A stretch of 64,000 nt of DNA from Octopus vulgaris (lineage: Eukaryota): the NCBI GenBank assembly GCA_951406725.2, contig OX597827.1, forward strand, positions 12,090,001-12,154,000, in the 5' to 3' direction. This document shows, piece by piece, positions 25,451 to 40,199 of this stretch; position 1 is the stretch's first letter, and each line of letters starts with the position of its first letter. The translations under genes were made by a program, and so were the position numbers. The notes under the pieces are model-generated. The model saw nothing but the letters and a program-made list of their open reading frames with translations. It searched no databases and was not told the origin of the DNA.

Positions 25451-27379
25451 CATGCAAGACTACATCCATATTTGGTAAGCTGTGTCACTGCTTTCAGTTC
25501 TAATTCCTCCAGATTTTAAATGTTGCTCATTCTAGGATGGTATATGTATCAGCAGCATAGCGAAATCCATTTAATCAGTTGAGATAATCTCCTACAATGA
25601 TCAAAAACAGAGCCTATGTACAGGGAAGGGGTAACAAAAAACACTCGACTCCTCCTTCCTTCCCTCCCTCCTCTGTTGCCCTGGGAGCAAGTGTGAAGGG
25701 CACAAAATTTCCTTTAGCATATCGTACTTCTAAATTAAGAAAGGGGCACCGAAGTGTTTTTCTCCTAGGTGCTTAAAACCTTTGCTATACCCTTGCTAAA
25801 CCAGGCATGGCCGTATGGTAAAGAAGCATGTTCCACAGCTAGTTGGCATCAGTTGTTAGTTGTCGGAGCACTGCATCCTTCAAAACTTCCATGCTTCCTG
25901 AGATTCGCCAACACTACACCTGATTTTCTCCCCTCCATACACACGCAAGCATCTATCTGACTCATACACTGTTCACTTTCCAGACATTTGTACAATACTA
26001 CAGATACTTTATACGCACTTTTGACAAGTTGTGGTGCCCCTGAGCACTTTATTATCATGGGTTCAATTTTACTATACTGCACTTTATATGTCTTCTATCT
26101 TATCTTTGGATCTACCATATCCTTACTAATAAAACTAGTGGGCAAAACTTATATGTGAGGGCCTTCCAAATAAATCTTTTCCATTCTTGGGTGGTGTTCT
26201 TGATCTCTTCACTTTGGCATCACCCACTTAACACTTGGGTACTTTTTAATGAATTCCACTTTGTTGCAATAATTTTAGTCAGGTTTTAAGTCAGAAGAGA
26301 ACTTCCTCTGAGTAATAAACAACCTCTTGATTGCTTAAGCAGCACATTAAGCAAATGATTGATTAGCTAATTGGTTAGATATGCAACCAACTGACTAATA
26401 ATAAATAGGTGGAGCTGAACTTGTGCTTTTGCTATTATTATTAGCATAATGACTCTCCCAGAACACACGAATTCACATCAAGAATTTTGCAATCCAAATC
26501 CAAAATCGAAGTAAAAACTTCCTCATTTCATCTGATCAGTCTCAGAGACCTTCTAAATTATAATAGGCGCTGCTTTTTATAAAATCACTGTGAAGACAGA
26601 TGGGTTAATGGCTAGGATATTCAGCTCACAGTTGTAAGCTTGTGAGTTTGAATTCCGGTCACTCGTTGTGTCCGTAAGCAAGACACTTTATTTCACATTG
26701 CGCCAGTTCACTCAGCTGGCAAAAATGAGTAGTAACTGTATTTCAAAGAGCCAGCCCTGTCATGTTCTGTGTCATGCTGAACCCCTCTGAGAACTTCATT
26801 ACATGTACATGTGTGTGTGGAGTACTCAGCCATTTGCATATTAATTTCATGAGCAGGCAGTTCTATTGATTGGAGCAGCTGGAACCCTTGTCGCCAGCAC
26901 CATGGGTATCACTGAAATATTAAATTAGAAATATATTTTAAAATATGACCATGATAAGCAAGTGTGACATTGTTTACAGATGCATACACACACACACACA
27001 CACGCACACATCTGCATACTTTTATGTATGTAGTGCATGTATGTATATATGTATGTGTGCATCTGTGTGTTTGTAGATTGATAGATAGATAGATAGATAG
27101 ACAGACAGACATACAGACAGATAGCTAAATAGATAGCTAGATAGATAGGTAGATAGATAGATAGAGAGATAAATAGATAGATAGCTATATAGATAGATGG
27201 ATAGATGGATAGATAGATTGATGGATAGATAGGGGTAAATATATCTTTAAAAGATGCATTGAAAATACAATTGGGTTCTAGTGTTTTATCTAACTTTATC
27301 AATATTTTTCAGATACATACACAGATGTGTGTGTGAATATATATATATATATATATTTATACACACACACACACACATA

Positions 27380-27708
27380 CGTGAAAAGCACCATCCGACC
27401 GTGGTTGATGCAAGGTCTGCCTGACCAGCTCCCATGCCAGCGGCACGTAAAAAAGCACTATCCGAACATAATCGATACCAGGGCCGCTTGACTGGCTCCT
27501 GTGCTGGTGGCACGTAAAAAGCATTCACTACACACTCGGAGTGGTTGGCATTAGGAAGGGCATCTAGCTGTAGAAGCCTTGCCAGATCAGTTTGGAGCCA
27601 GGTGCAGCTTCTGGCTTTCCAGACCTCAGTCAAACCGTCCAACCCATGCTAGCATGGAAAACGGACAAACGATGATGATGATGATGATGGTGATGATGAT
27701 AATGATGA
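27380..27708 (+). mobile_element. Family D LINE-like 3' end with two diverged internal repeat units
   Basis: ggcacgtaaaaa(a)gca occurs twice, followed by the family D terminus and (gat)n. Confidence 0.75.
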
Positions 27709-27849
27709 CATATGTATGTACATACTGAGTCTCTGTGGCCCAATCAATATGTACATATGTATATAATATATATACATTTGTACATATTTATACTTATGCT
27801 TACACACAAATATATTTGTATGTGTGTGTGTATGTGTGTATAGATAGAT

Positions 27850-27885
<36 letters not shown>

Positions 27886-28171
27886 GGAGGTAATTACACC
27901 TTTAAAACGTATTGAAAATAGAAGTGGGTTCTAGTGTTTTATCTACCTTTATCAAGATTTTTCAAATACATACACGTGTTTGTGTGTGTATGTGTATGTG
28001 TGTGTGTGTGTGTTTATATCGAGTGTTTGGGGCCCAATCAATATATACTTATATACATATAATATATACATTTGTATATATTTATACTTATATATATATA
28101 CATATTTGCATGTATATATATATTTGTGTATGTGTTAGAGTACAGATAGGTAGATAGACAGACAGACAGAG

Positions 28172-28250
<79 letters not shown>

Positions 28251-28279
28251 TAGACAGATAGACAGATAGACAGATAGAC

Positions 28280-28363
<84 letters not shown>

Positions 28364-29084
28364 GGATAGATAGCTATACATACACATACAAAGAAAACTG
28401 TACTTATTCTGAACTTTTGGGTTGGTCTCTAATTTCATTCTGTTAAGTAGATGCCAGAAATATCTGCTGATAGAAAAATTTTCACTTTTCTCATCTTAAA
28501 TTTTTCATATAGTCATTTACTCATTTTTTCTCTTCCTCCATTATTTAAAAGGTAAAATGTCCTCATGTGATACGATCTTTACATAAGGACAAAACTAATA
28601 CACACATGAGTCAACAAAGTAACCACTGTATGGATATTTGATTTGCTAGAAACAGCAGTGTTCTCTTTACAACCACATAATTTTTGATTCAGTCCCATTG
28701 CGTGGTATATTGAGCGAAGTGACTTCTCTTATAACCCCAGGACAACCAAAATTGTGCAAGCAAATTTGGTAGCCACAAACTGGATACATGAATGCATTTT
28801 ATTTTTTTACGTTTCTTTTATTCTTTTGCTTGTTTCAGTTATTTGATTGTGGCCATGCCGGAGCACCACCTTTAGTTAAACACATCAACTCCTGGACTTA
28901 GTCTTTGTAAGCCTAGTATTATACTATCATTCCCTTTTGCTGAATAGCTAAGTTACGGGTACGTAAACACACCAACATTGGGTATCAAGCAAGGGTGGAG
29001 GAACAGACACACAAATAGAGATATAGCAATATTTATATATATATATATTTATATATATATATATTTTTATATATATATAGTAAA

Positions 29085-29230
29085 TCTCAAAAAAGAATAA
29101 CAAACACAAAACAAAAGTGACAACGCAAGGATGTAGTATATGTAAAGTATTAGCAGATGCTCAGGGAAGGAAAAAAAGATGGTTTAATGTTTTGAGCAGA
29201 TGCTCTTCTTTGCAAACAGAGGAAAGTCCA

Positions 29231-29232
<2 letters not shown>
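29085..29232 (-). mobile_element. Penelope-type short element with a decayed hammerhead-like motif (29181-29218)
   Basis: Minus strand gttt-gcaaagaagagc-atct-gctc-aaaacatta-aacc. Homologous to 62052-62087 and flanked by (TA)n. Confidence 0.5.
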
Positions 29233-29310
<78 letters not shown>

Positions 29311-29329
29311 GTATGTATATATATATATA

Positions 29330-29988
<659 letters not shown>

Positions 29989-30436
29989 GTCCAACCCGTG
30001 CTAGCGAGGAAAACGGACGTTAAACGATGATGATGATGATGATATATACATATATATATTGGGTGTATAATATCATAGTTTTAATTTAATAATCATCAGT
30101 TCATGTTATCAAATGGTTTCATGTTGAAATGCCTTTTAATTGTGGAAGAGTAAATTAATACTCATTCGATATTGCTGAATGCAAAACTTTAATTTGAGTT
30201 TTTTTTTTTTTTTTTTTTTTTTCCTCCCCCTTTTTTTTTTTAACCCCCCCTTTTTTTGTCCTCTTTCTCTCCTTTTACGATCCCTTTTGATCGACCCCCC
30301 TTTTTTATTTTATTTTATTTTTTATTTTATTATTATTATTATTATTTTTTTTTTTTTAAACCTTCAAAAGAAAAGCTCTACCTTGTAATTTGTTCTATCT
30401 GTGTGCAGCCCTGTGTGGCTAATAAAGAAACATATC

Positions 30437-30488
<52 letters not shown>

Positions 30489-30528
30489 GCTATCTATCTA
30501 TCTATCTATCTATCTGTCAATCTATCTC

Positions 30529-30620
<92 letters not shown>

Positions 30621-32074
30621 GCTGTCTGTCTGTCTGTTTTGTGTTGTATGTGTATATACATATTCACTCATATATATATTATATATACATACAAAGAAGT
30701 GTTATACACACACACACGCACACATACACACAAAGACATAATACATACACAATATACACACAAACAGTCACACCTAAAGAGGCAATAAAGTGCGTTTCAA
30801 GCTAAAACAGCTTTCTTTCCCTCAGCTATTTCCCTTAACAATTCCAAAGGGAGGAAAAGATTTATATCCCTGGCATTGTTGTTATTTCCTTCAATCTATA
30901 CTGCAGTTTCTTCTATCTTTTGTAGTCCTTGCTGAATTTAGTGTAAACTTGTACTGAATACATGATGGAAAATACGACGGTATTGGAGTGGAGGTGGAAT
31001 ATTTGAAGACAAGGTAGAATGGAAATCAACGCATCGGATTTTCTTTTTTTTTTCTTGTTGTTTTGTTTTCATACTTGATGTTTTACTTTTCCCCGGCATC
31101 ATTTTTGTTGTTCGACATGATCGCCAGTTAAACACTATTAACTGCTGTCAAATACTAATATGATATATGGGGAAATAATTCATTCAAATTCAGCCATCTA
31201 GTACCAAGTATTTAAAAGAAAACTATTCAAAAGCTACCTTAGGGTCTAGACTCTCTTGTACAAACTTAAAATTTAATTATGCTTCAGAAAAAAACAAAAA
31301 AGCCAGAAAACACATAAAACATTGATTTTTTTTTTCTTTCTCCTTTTTTCTTTCATGACTTAACCAAACAATTCGGAATTATTCTTGTCTTGTGTTCCAC
31401 AGAATAGCAAGAACATTTACAAACTTCTTACGTCAAAGATGGGGAATACTTATTACTGTCAGTATTAATCAGCACAGAAAAAAGATTGGTTTTAATATTA
31501 TTAATTTACTAAATTATTTGATTCAGTTATTACAGAATTCGTTAAATCTGGATTTTTGGCACATGAAGATCAGTTAATTACTTCAAAGTAACTCTTTTTT
31601 TTTTGTTTCACGTTTTTTAGCAAATTCTAGGAATTATAATTAATTTGTGATTTTCCTTAAAATCTGTTGTTTTCTTTTCCTACTTTCTTTTTGTTTTGTT
31701 TTGCTTTAATTTTTTTGGTTTTTTTTTTTTGGTCAGAGAATATATTATTAATCGATATGTCCTGATATGGCTGTGTGGTTAAGAAGGTTGCTTTGCAATG
31801 ACATGGTTTCAGGTTCAGTCCCATTGCATGACACTATTGGCAAGATTGTTCAACTATAGACCTGGGCTGACCAAAGACTTGTGAGTGAATTAGGTAGATT
31901 GAAACTATGGAAACCCATTATATCTACAGACACACACACTTACATACATATGTATACATACATACATACATACATACAGGCGCAGGAGTGGCTGTGTGGT
32001 AAGTAGCTTGTTTACCAACCACATGGTTCCAGGTTCAGTCCCACTGTGTGGCACCTTGGGCAAGTGTCTTCTAC

Positions 32075-32105
<31 letters not shown>

Positions 32106-32829
32106 AAGAATGCAGATATTGAGAAATAATAATTATTTATTTGTAAGTATATTTGGCCTACTTATGCTGAAGTTAGTGAGGAATTTGAAGAGAATTTCAG
32201 GAAAAGTGCATCTTTATTGACCAGAGTATGAAAATATGATTTACTTCATCCTTGCATGTGTGATTTATTTGCTGTTTCCTGTGCTATGAGAACGGCATTT
32301 GTCGTGTCAAAATATCAGCTGTTGACAATTTGTATAAATTGTATATCATTCTGAAATGGTCTTATTATCATTCTACTAACAGTACTAATGATTACTCTAT
32401 ATATATATTTTTCAATTATAAACATAGTATGTTTGAGATTATAGGAGACTCATAGGACAGCTTTTCTAATGAATGCTAGCATGGTTCAGTGATGTTAAAT
32501 GATAAACATATAATTATTTATTCATTACATATAACAGTGTGATGAATAGAATCAATTACTTGAACACTTTTAATCAGAGATATTCATTAATAAATAATCA
32601 GTACTATTGACTTGAGCGGATAGGGAAATGGGAATTATAACAATATAATGTTTACTCAGAACAACCAAAGCATAAGTGAAATGGAATAGTAGTTAGAATC
32701 AGAAATCAGAGAGAGTTGAAGGTTTTCTACCTTGTGTTGGATATTTGATCATACCAATTTCGACTTCCAAACAACTTTTGTTTAAATCTCGGTGGGACAG
32801 TTACATTCTGGATTATAATCACCATCATA

Positions 32830-33601
32830 AATAATAAAATAAATGCGCCCTTTTAAAGCCTAGCCGGGCTCATGGTCCTGGTTTCCTATTAGGCGGCGAG
32901 CTGGCAGAAACGTTAGCACACCGGGCGAAATGCGTAGCCATATTTCGTCTGTCGTTACGTTGTGAGTTCAAATTCCGCCGAGATCGACTTTGCCTTTCAT
33001 CCTTTCGGGGTCGATAAATTAAGTACCAGTTACGCACTGGGGTCGATGTAATCGACTTAATACCTATGTTTGTCCTTGTTTGTCCCCTCTATGTTTAGCC
33101 CCTTGTGGGTAATAAAGAAATAGGTCCTGGTTTCCCCGGCTTCAATGGCGTATGTGTTCTCCAGCTGGACGGGACGCCAGTCCATTGCAGCGTTACTCAT
33201 TTTTGCCAGTTGAGTGGACTGGAGCAACGTGAAATGAAGTGTTTTGCTTAAGAACACAATGCGTCACCCAGTTCAGGAATCGAAACCACAATCTTAATAT
33301 CATGATGCTGATACCCTAACCATTAAGCCATGCGCTTCGACAAATAAATAAATGTGCCCTTTTAAAGCTTAGCCAGGATCATGGTCCCAGTTTCCCCGGT
33401 TTCAATGGCATATGTGTTCTCCAGCTGGACGGGATGCCAGTCCATCGCAGCGTTACTCATTTTTGCCAGCTGAGTGGACTGGAGCAATGTGAAATGACGT
33501 GTTTTGCTCAAGAACACAACGTGTCGCCCAGTCCAGGAATCAAAACCACAATCTTAAAATCATGATGCTGATACCCTAACCACTAAGCCACGTGCTTCCA
33601 C
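32830..33601 (-). mobile_element. Head-to-tail dimer of a tRNA-derived SINE (family F, V-domain-like gcgatggactggc.tcccgtccag)
   Basis: Two homologous units with a single outer TSD aatcaccatcata (32817-32829 and 33602-33614). The first unit is interrupted by a family B SINE. Confidence 0.75.
32887..33122 (+). mobile_element. SINE family B with a 13-bp TSD
   Basis: TSD ggtcctggtttcc at 32874-32886 and 33123-33135. Confidence 0.85.
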
Positions 33602-33826
33602 AATCACCATCATAGTAGAATCATTATGGCCTTTATCAGTTTAATCAATTCTGGTGATTTGGCTTCTGAGTTTAAATCCTACTGAGCTCAAATTCGTTCA
33701 ACATTCCAGTGTCAATAGAATTAAATAGTTTAATTCAAGGTTCATTTTGTCTACTGGTACTAGGTGTTTCATGTTTCTTCAAGCAAGAAACAAAGGTTCA
33801 GAATCTTGAATGAATTTTCTCAGTAT

Positions 33827-33835
33827 ATATATGTG

Positions 33836-33896
<61 letters not shown>

Positions 33897-33953
33897 ATTG
33901 GACTTTCCTCTGTTTCCAAAGAAGAGCATCTGCTCAAAACATTAAACCATCAT
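33827..33953. other. Inverted copy of 29178-~29300 inserted with a 26-bp target duplication
   Basis: gaatcttgaatgaattttctcagtat occurs at 33801-33826 and 33954-33979. The insert is nearly identical to the reverse complement of the 29.2-kb locus. Confidence 0.8.
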
Positions 33954-34052
33954 GAATCTTGAATGAATTTTCTCAGTATTGCTCATGGCTCAAGGGTGGA
34001 TGAAGATATAAGCCTCAATGACCATTGTATTCCTGTGTGGAGCACTGTGACC

Positions 34053-34191
34053 AGTGCTGTCTCAAGTCATGAACAAACTGGACAATTGCTTGGGGCACCC
34101 ATAGGTCAAGTAGTCCAATACAAATTTATGTAGGCTGTGATTATGCATGTAGGGAGCCCAGTTCACTGCTTTGCTGTTTAATAGGGCCCTG
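34053..34191. mobile_element. Possible decayed hAT-like MITE
   Basis: Imperfect termini cagtgctgtctcaa ... ttaatagggccctg. Confidence 0.35.
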
Positions 34192-34811
34192 ACAGTCACC
34201 ATAGATACTATTAGAGATGAAACTGTATTACACAAACTCTATAATTAATGGGTGATGTGTTGTATTTTGTTATCATACCCAACCTAAGGTGAAAGTCATT
34301 AGAAGAAGAGGAAGATCACCATCACCAATACCCGCACCATCATACCCACTGCTGCTACTGTTGTCATCATCATTTTCCTCATCATTACTAATCCATTAAT
34401 CGATATTATTTTCTAATAAAGTGGCAAGCTGCTGGAATCATTAGCTTACCAGGCAAAATGCTTGTTAGAATTTCATCCATCTTCATGTCCTGAGTTCAAA
34501 TTCCACCAGGTTGACTTTGCCCTTCATCCTTCTGGTTTCAATAAATTAAGTACCATTTGAACCCTGGAGTTGAAATAACTGATTAGCTTCCTCCTCTGAA
34601 ATTGCAAGCCTTGTGCCAAAATTTTAAACCAATATCATGTTATAATATTTTGTTGATAATGCTTGTATATATTAGAAACGTTTTCCAAAAAAGCGTACCA
34701 GCATTATCCTTGATCAAGTAATAGTATTTTATTTGTGAAACCTAACATCCCAAAATCAGGTCTCCCCACTTCATTCAAGAGCATTTTTGATTTTTTTCTA
34801 CCACATGGTAG

Positions 34812-35216
34812 AAGGAGTGGCTGTGTGGTAAATAGCTTGCTAACCAACCACATGGTTTCGGGTTCAGTCCCACTGCGTGGCATCTTGGGCAAGTGTCTTC
34901 TGCTATAGCGACGGGCCGACCAATGCCTTGTGAGTGGATTTGGTAGACAGAAACTGAAAGAAGCCTGTCGTATATATGTATATATATATGTATGTGTGTG
35001 TATGTTTGTGTGTCTGTGTTTGTTCCCCTAGCATTGCTTGACAACCGATGCTGGTGTGTTTACGTCCCCGTCACTTAGCGGTTCGGCAAAAGAGACCGAT
35101 AGAATAAGTACTGGGCTTACAAAAGAATAAGTCTTGGGGTCGATTTGCTCGACTAAAGGCGGTGCTCCAGCATGGCTGCAGTCAAATGACTGAAACAAGT
35201 AAAAGAGTAAAAGAGT
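34812..35216 (+). mobile_element. SINE family A
   Basis: Same structure as the other copies, with a short flanking duplication atggta. Confidence 0.85.
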
Positions 35217-35793
35217 ATGGTACCTTCAAGTGTTAGCACATCTTATTATTTTTACCCAGTACTCCATCATTCATTTCCATCACACCACATAATCATTACC
35301 AATATAATTGTTATTTCTGTAGACATTATGCTGAATTCTATAGCACCTAACAATCTCAGCTCACCTGTGCTCTGCCTTCTATGAGAATTTACATTACGCT
35401 TTCAACAGGTAATATTTAATTCATTTTTAATTTCATTTTTCTAATCTACCATCAGTGAATATTTCATTATTTGAGCCAATGTTAGTGCTTTTATTGTAAA
35501 GGCACATGGCCTAGTAATTAGGGTATTCAGCTCACAATCGTAAAGTCATAAGTTCAATTCCCAGCAATGTGTTTGTCACCTTGAGCGAGACACATTATTT
35601 CATGTTGCTACAGTCCACTCAGCTGGCAAAGATGAGAGATACCTGTATGTCAAAGGGCCAGCCTTGTCACATTCTGTGTCACACAGAATCTCCCTGAGTA
35701 CCATGCTAAGGGAGTATGTGTTTGTGGAGTGCTTGATCACTTGCATATTAATTTTACGAGCTGGCTGTTCCATCAACTGGATCTACTGGAACC

Positions 35794-36089
35794 TTTTGGT
35801 CAACCAGGAGAATTCATCTACGAAGCAATTGCCCCGGCTCCCCTTCAGGGTTGGTGAAAGTGATGTGGTGGACAGCGAAAAACCTGGCTGATGACAGTCA
35901 AGGCTGATCTGGGACCCAACCTAGGCCCCCATATCTATGGTGTTCGCCGCTGGAATAAGGAGTGATTGGAGATCGCGCAGTCATTGGCCTCAAATCACCA
36001 GGCCTGGTCGGTGTTTGTGAGAGATGCAGCATTGAGGATGAATGAAGCCAGCTCAACCCACCCCGGGCGAATGCTGTCTCAAGAAGAAG
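35794..36089 (+). pseudogene. RTE-clade LINE 3' remnant inserted in a SINE tail
   Basis: Decayed translation GW*K*CGGQRKTWLMTVKADLGPNLGP/IYGVRRWNKE*LEIAQSLASNHQAWSVFVRDA, an RTE-type C-terminus. It has an (aag)n end and TSD actggaacc (35785-35793 and 36090-36098). Confidence 0.7.
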
Positions 36090-36208
36090 ACTGGAACCCT
36101 CATCATGTGCTGAATCTATAATAAATGGCAATCAGCTTTCTCTCAATATGAGAGAGGTATGATTGCCAGCATGCTACTCACATATTAAAAAAAGAAAACT
36201 TACAGTAG

Positions 36209-36380
36209 ACAGGAGTGGCTGTGTGGTAAGTAGCTTGCTAACCAGCCACATGGTTCCGGGTTCAGTCCCACTGCGTGGCATCTTGTGCAAGTATCTTCTA
36301 CTATAGCCCCGGGCCGACCAATGCCTTGTGAGTGGATTTGGTAGACGGAAACTGAAAGAAGCCTGTCGTATATATGTATG

Positions 36381-36411
<31 letters not shown>

Positions 36412-36625
36412 TTGTGTGTCTGTGTTTGTCCCCATAGCATTGCTTGACAACCGATGCTGGTGTGTTTACGTCCCCGTCACTTAGCAGTTCGGCAAAAGAG
36501 ACCGATAGAATAAGTACTGGGCTTACAAAGAATAAGTCCCGGGGTCGATTTGCTCGACTAAAGGCGGTGCTCCAGCATGGCCGCAGTCAAATGACTGAAA
36601 CAAGTAAAAGAGAAAAAAGAAAGAG
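36209..36625 (+). mobile_element. SINE family A
   Basis: Same structure as the other copies. Confidence 0.85.
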
Positions 36626-37249
36626 AAGGAGTGTACTCCTAGAGATACCACACAATACCTGCGCCTATACATTTTTGATTTCTATACAATTTGAACTCAA
36701 TTCTCCTGGGTTATCAAAATCTTGCCATTACTATTTAGAGTGGTAACATATATATATATTTCTCTACAGTACCTATTTAGAACATGGTAGATTGAACACA
36801 TGAGAATAAAGTCTTTGCCAAGAAAGAGTGATGAGATATATTCTGCAGACTCTTCAGCCAGGAGGCTGGCATTTTATCAAGTCAGACATCAATATTTAAA
36901 GTAATTATAGAAACATTGATACTTAAAATAATTTGCCTATTCATCATCTCACAGACATATCACATGGTTTGCTGCCACTTATTAAGATTTTGTAGATATT
37001 TTAACGAAGAATTGATTCATTTTATTTTTTTAATTCGCATCTGGTTCTGTTTTTTGTTTTTGCCGCTTATTTTAAGAAATCAAATTTTCTGATTTCTCAA
37101 ACTTTAAGAAAATCAATTAAAAATTTTAAAAGTATATACATCGACTAATTTTTACTTCAAAAATCATTATAGATCTTATTTCTACATGTTCATTTAGGAT
37201 CTAATATAAGAATTAAGAATTCCACCCTTCCATTTTCCCTGCCCGTTCT

Positions 37250-37650
37250 CCTTTGGTAGTTTGTAGAAGTAGAACCATCAGGTACCTCCTTCAAAATGTC
37301 CTATCAGAAGCAACCATCTTTTCATGTATTTTCCTGCTGGATTCCCAAACATGACCAACTGAGATGATGGATATTATCCACCCATCTTGTTTTTGATCCA
37401 TCCCTTGGTTACCTATCAGTTGACTTGGATTGAAGAATCCATCTTATGATCCTTTCTAATGACGTTCTGATCCCAGAACTGTGACCTCTTAATGGAAAGT
37501 AATGACTCATCCCAAAGAGACGAGGCTCCCTAATTTCTGAACGATACATCCATTCAAGTAATATTTCTCTAAAAACTTTTCAGAAAACATCATCTAAGCT
37601 GCTTGTCTTCCTGATCGTACTCTTTAGGTCATCACCCAGCATTCATTACC
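37250..37650 (-). pseudogene. Decayed RTE-clade LINE ORF C-terminus
   Basis: The frameshifted minus strand gives GNECWVMT*RVRS..QAA*M...SEIRE...RWILQSKST...TRWVDNIHHLSWSCLGI. Confidence 0.65.
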
Positions 37651-37796
37651 AAATCCACTCACTTGCTCAATGTGTCACACAGTGGGATTGAACCCAAAAC
37701 GGTGGTTTGAAAGCAAACTTCTTACCACACAGCCACATATTGACATATTGCATACATATATACATGCATGCATACATGCATACATACATACACACA

Positions 37797-38025
37797 GTGG
37801 TAAGCTGTCAGAATGGTTAGCACGCCAGGTGAAATGCTTAGTGGTATTTCGTCTGCTGTTATGTTCTGAGTTCACATTCCACTGAGGTCGACTTTGCCTT
37901 TCATCCTTTTGGGATCGATTAAATAAGTACCAGTTACACACTGGGGTCGATGTAATCGATTTAATCATTTTGTCTGTCCTTGCTTGTCCCCTCTGTGTTT
38001 AGCCCCATGTGGGCAATAAAGAAAC
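37797..38025 (+). mobile_element. SINE family B
   Basis: Central domain gtcgactttgcctttcatcctttt...aagtaccag and tail agcccc.tgtgggcaataaagaaa. Confidence 0.75.
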
Positions 38026-38431
38026 ATACATACATACATACCTACATACATACATACATACATATATACATACATACATACATACATACATACATACATG
38101 CATGCATACATACATACATGCATGCATACATACATACGGGTGCAATATTTCTTTTGCATCTTTCACTGATATGCATCAATGAAGTAAATAAACACTGGTG
38201 AGATTAAACATAAAAGTTACATGTAATTCAAAGTCCTTTGTTATATTTGTTCTGGACCAAACTGCAGTTACTCCCTGACTCCTCACACCATCAGAAATGT
38301 CGTGAACCAACAATTAAGCTCAATGGAAACCTATACCTAATGATGCTACACCTACTGTAATACAAAGCCAATTAAAGAAAGAACTGATTAATGTCATGCT
38401 CTTTGACTAATCAGATTAGGATTTCCCTACC

Positions 38432-38700
38432 AGCCTTCCCTGGCACCTGTGCTGGTGGCACGTAAAAAGCACCAACCGATCGTGGCTGTTGCCAGCCTCC
38501 CATAGCACCTGTGCCGGTGGCATGTTAAAAGCACCCACTACACTCACGGAGTGGTTGGTGTTAGGAAGGGCATCCAGCTGTAGAAACACTGCCAGATCAG
38601 ACTGGAGCCTAGTGCAGCCTCCTGGTTTCCCAGACCCCAGTCGAACCGTCCAACCTGTGCTAGCACGGAAAACGGACGTTAAACGATGATGAAATGATGA
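38432..38700 (+). mobile_element. Family D LINE-like 3' end
   Basis: Matches 10700-10942. Confidence 0.8.
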
Positions 38701-39359
38701 TAAAGAACTGAGTGATTAATGAGCATTAATGACTTTTATAAATTTCTCTTAAATGCATGAGTGTTAGGGTTTATATTCAAATAATCAGTCAACCAAACTG
38801 GGATACAAACACCATGAAGGTGTTTGTATCCCAGTCATGGGCAGATTGCAACCTGCAGAACTCACTGGAAAGCACATGTAATGAAAAATTACTTTGAAAA
38901 TTTCTTAGAAGTGTGCCTTGCCTGTTGAGGAGCCACATCTCATGTGGCAAACTTCTCATAAAAGGTAGTCCATACCTACTGTATATAAGTGATTGGCCTA
39001 AAAACAGCAGTCAAATTTCCCTCAAACCATACTACTGTCTTAAAAAATGGAAGAACAGATTAAATGATTTAATCATAAATAAGGTGGAGGCATTGTTGTG
39101 TGGTAAAAAGCCTGATGTGAGTGTTAGTGTGTGTGTGTTCTTTGTTTGTTGCTCACCACCACTTAACAGCCAATATTGGTTTGTTTACATCTCCATAACT
39201 TAGTGGTTCAACAAAAGAACCTGATAATATAAGTACTAAGCATCAAAAAAATAAGTCCCGGAGTTGACTTGTTTGTATAAAACCCTTCGAGGTGATGCTC
39301 CAGCATGGCCGCAGTCAAATGACGGAAACAAGTAAAATATAAAAAATACATAGCTTTAA

Positions 39360-39580
39360 CCCTTTCATTACTAACCCGGCTGAAATCGCCTCTGGCTCTT
39401 CAGTACAAATGTCTTGTTTTCAGAATTTTTGAATTAAAATATTCCACTAAACCTTAGTCACAATTTATGTTCCTAACATTAGCTGAATGATAGCTAAGTT
39501 ATTTTACTAAAGTCTTTGTTATAGTTAAAGTAATTGAAAGAAACACAGAGCATCTCAAAATAAATATGGTAACGAAAGGG
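39360..39580. mobile_element. piggyBac-like MITE, opposite orientation to 38-259
   Basis: TTAA|CCCTTTCATTAC ... GGTAACGAAAGGG|TTAA. The internal sequence is the reverse complement of copies 1 and 2. Confidence 0.85.
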
Positions 39581-39782
39581 TTAAACAGGTGGAGTTGCTA
39601 CAACTGGAATGCATTTCCTCATGTCTATTCATTCAAAGAGGATCTGGAATTAAGTAACAACAATAATTTCTTTATTCCTTATTTCTGTCAGTCACCAGCT
39701 TCTTCTCTATTCATTCATTGACTGCCCTATTTATGGAGATTAACATCTGTTTTCCATGCTGGCATGTGTTAGACGGTTGTCA

Positions 39783-40199
39783 AGGCGGCGAGCTGGCAGA
39801 AACATTAGCACGCCGGGTGAAATGCTCCGCGGTATTTCATCTGCCGTTACGTTCTGAGTTCAAATTCTGCCGAGGTCGACTTTGCTTTTCATCCTTTCGA
39901 GGTCGATTAAATAAGTACCAGCTACACACTGGAGTCGATGTAATTGACTTAATCCGTTTGTCTGTCCTTGTTTGTCCCCTCTGTGTTTAGCCCCTTGTGG
40001 GTAGTAAAGAAATAGGTATTTCGTCTGCTGATACGTTCTGAGTTCAAATTCCGCCGAGGTCGACTTTGCCTTTCATCCTTTCGAAGTCGATTAAATAAGT
40101 ACCAGCTACACACTGGAGTCGATGTAATTGACTTAATCCGTTTGTCTGTCCTTGTTTGTCCCCTCTGTGTTTAGCCCCTTGTGGGTAGTAAAGAAATAG
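39783..40199 (+). mobile_element. SINE family B with an internal ~184-bp duplication or self-insertion
   Basis: The ggtatttc...aaagaaata unit is repeated (39831-40014 and 40015-40198). Confidence 0.8.

Noticed and set aside
30926-31013. Apparent exon (ttttgtag| ... aag|gtagaa)
   Set aside because: There are stop codons in all three frames and the donor is weak; it could only be non-coding.
32789-32810. miR-278-like start tcggtgggac
   Set aside because: The 3' half differs and no hairpin forms.
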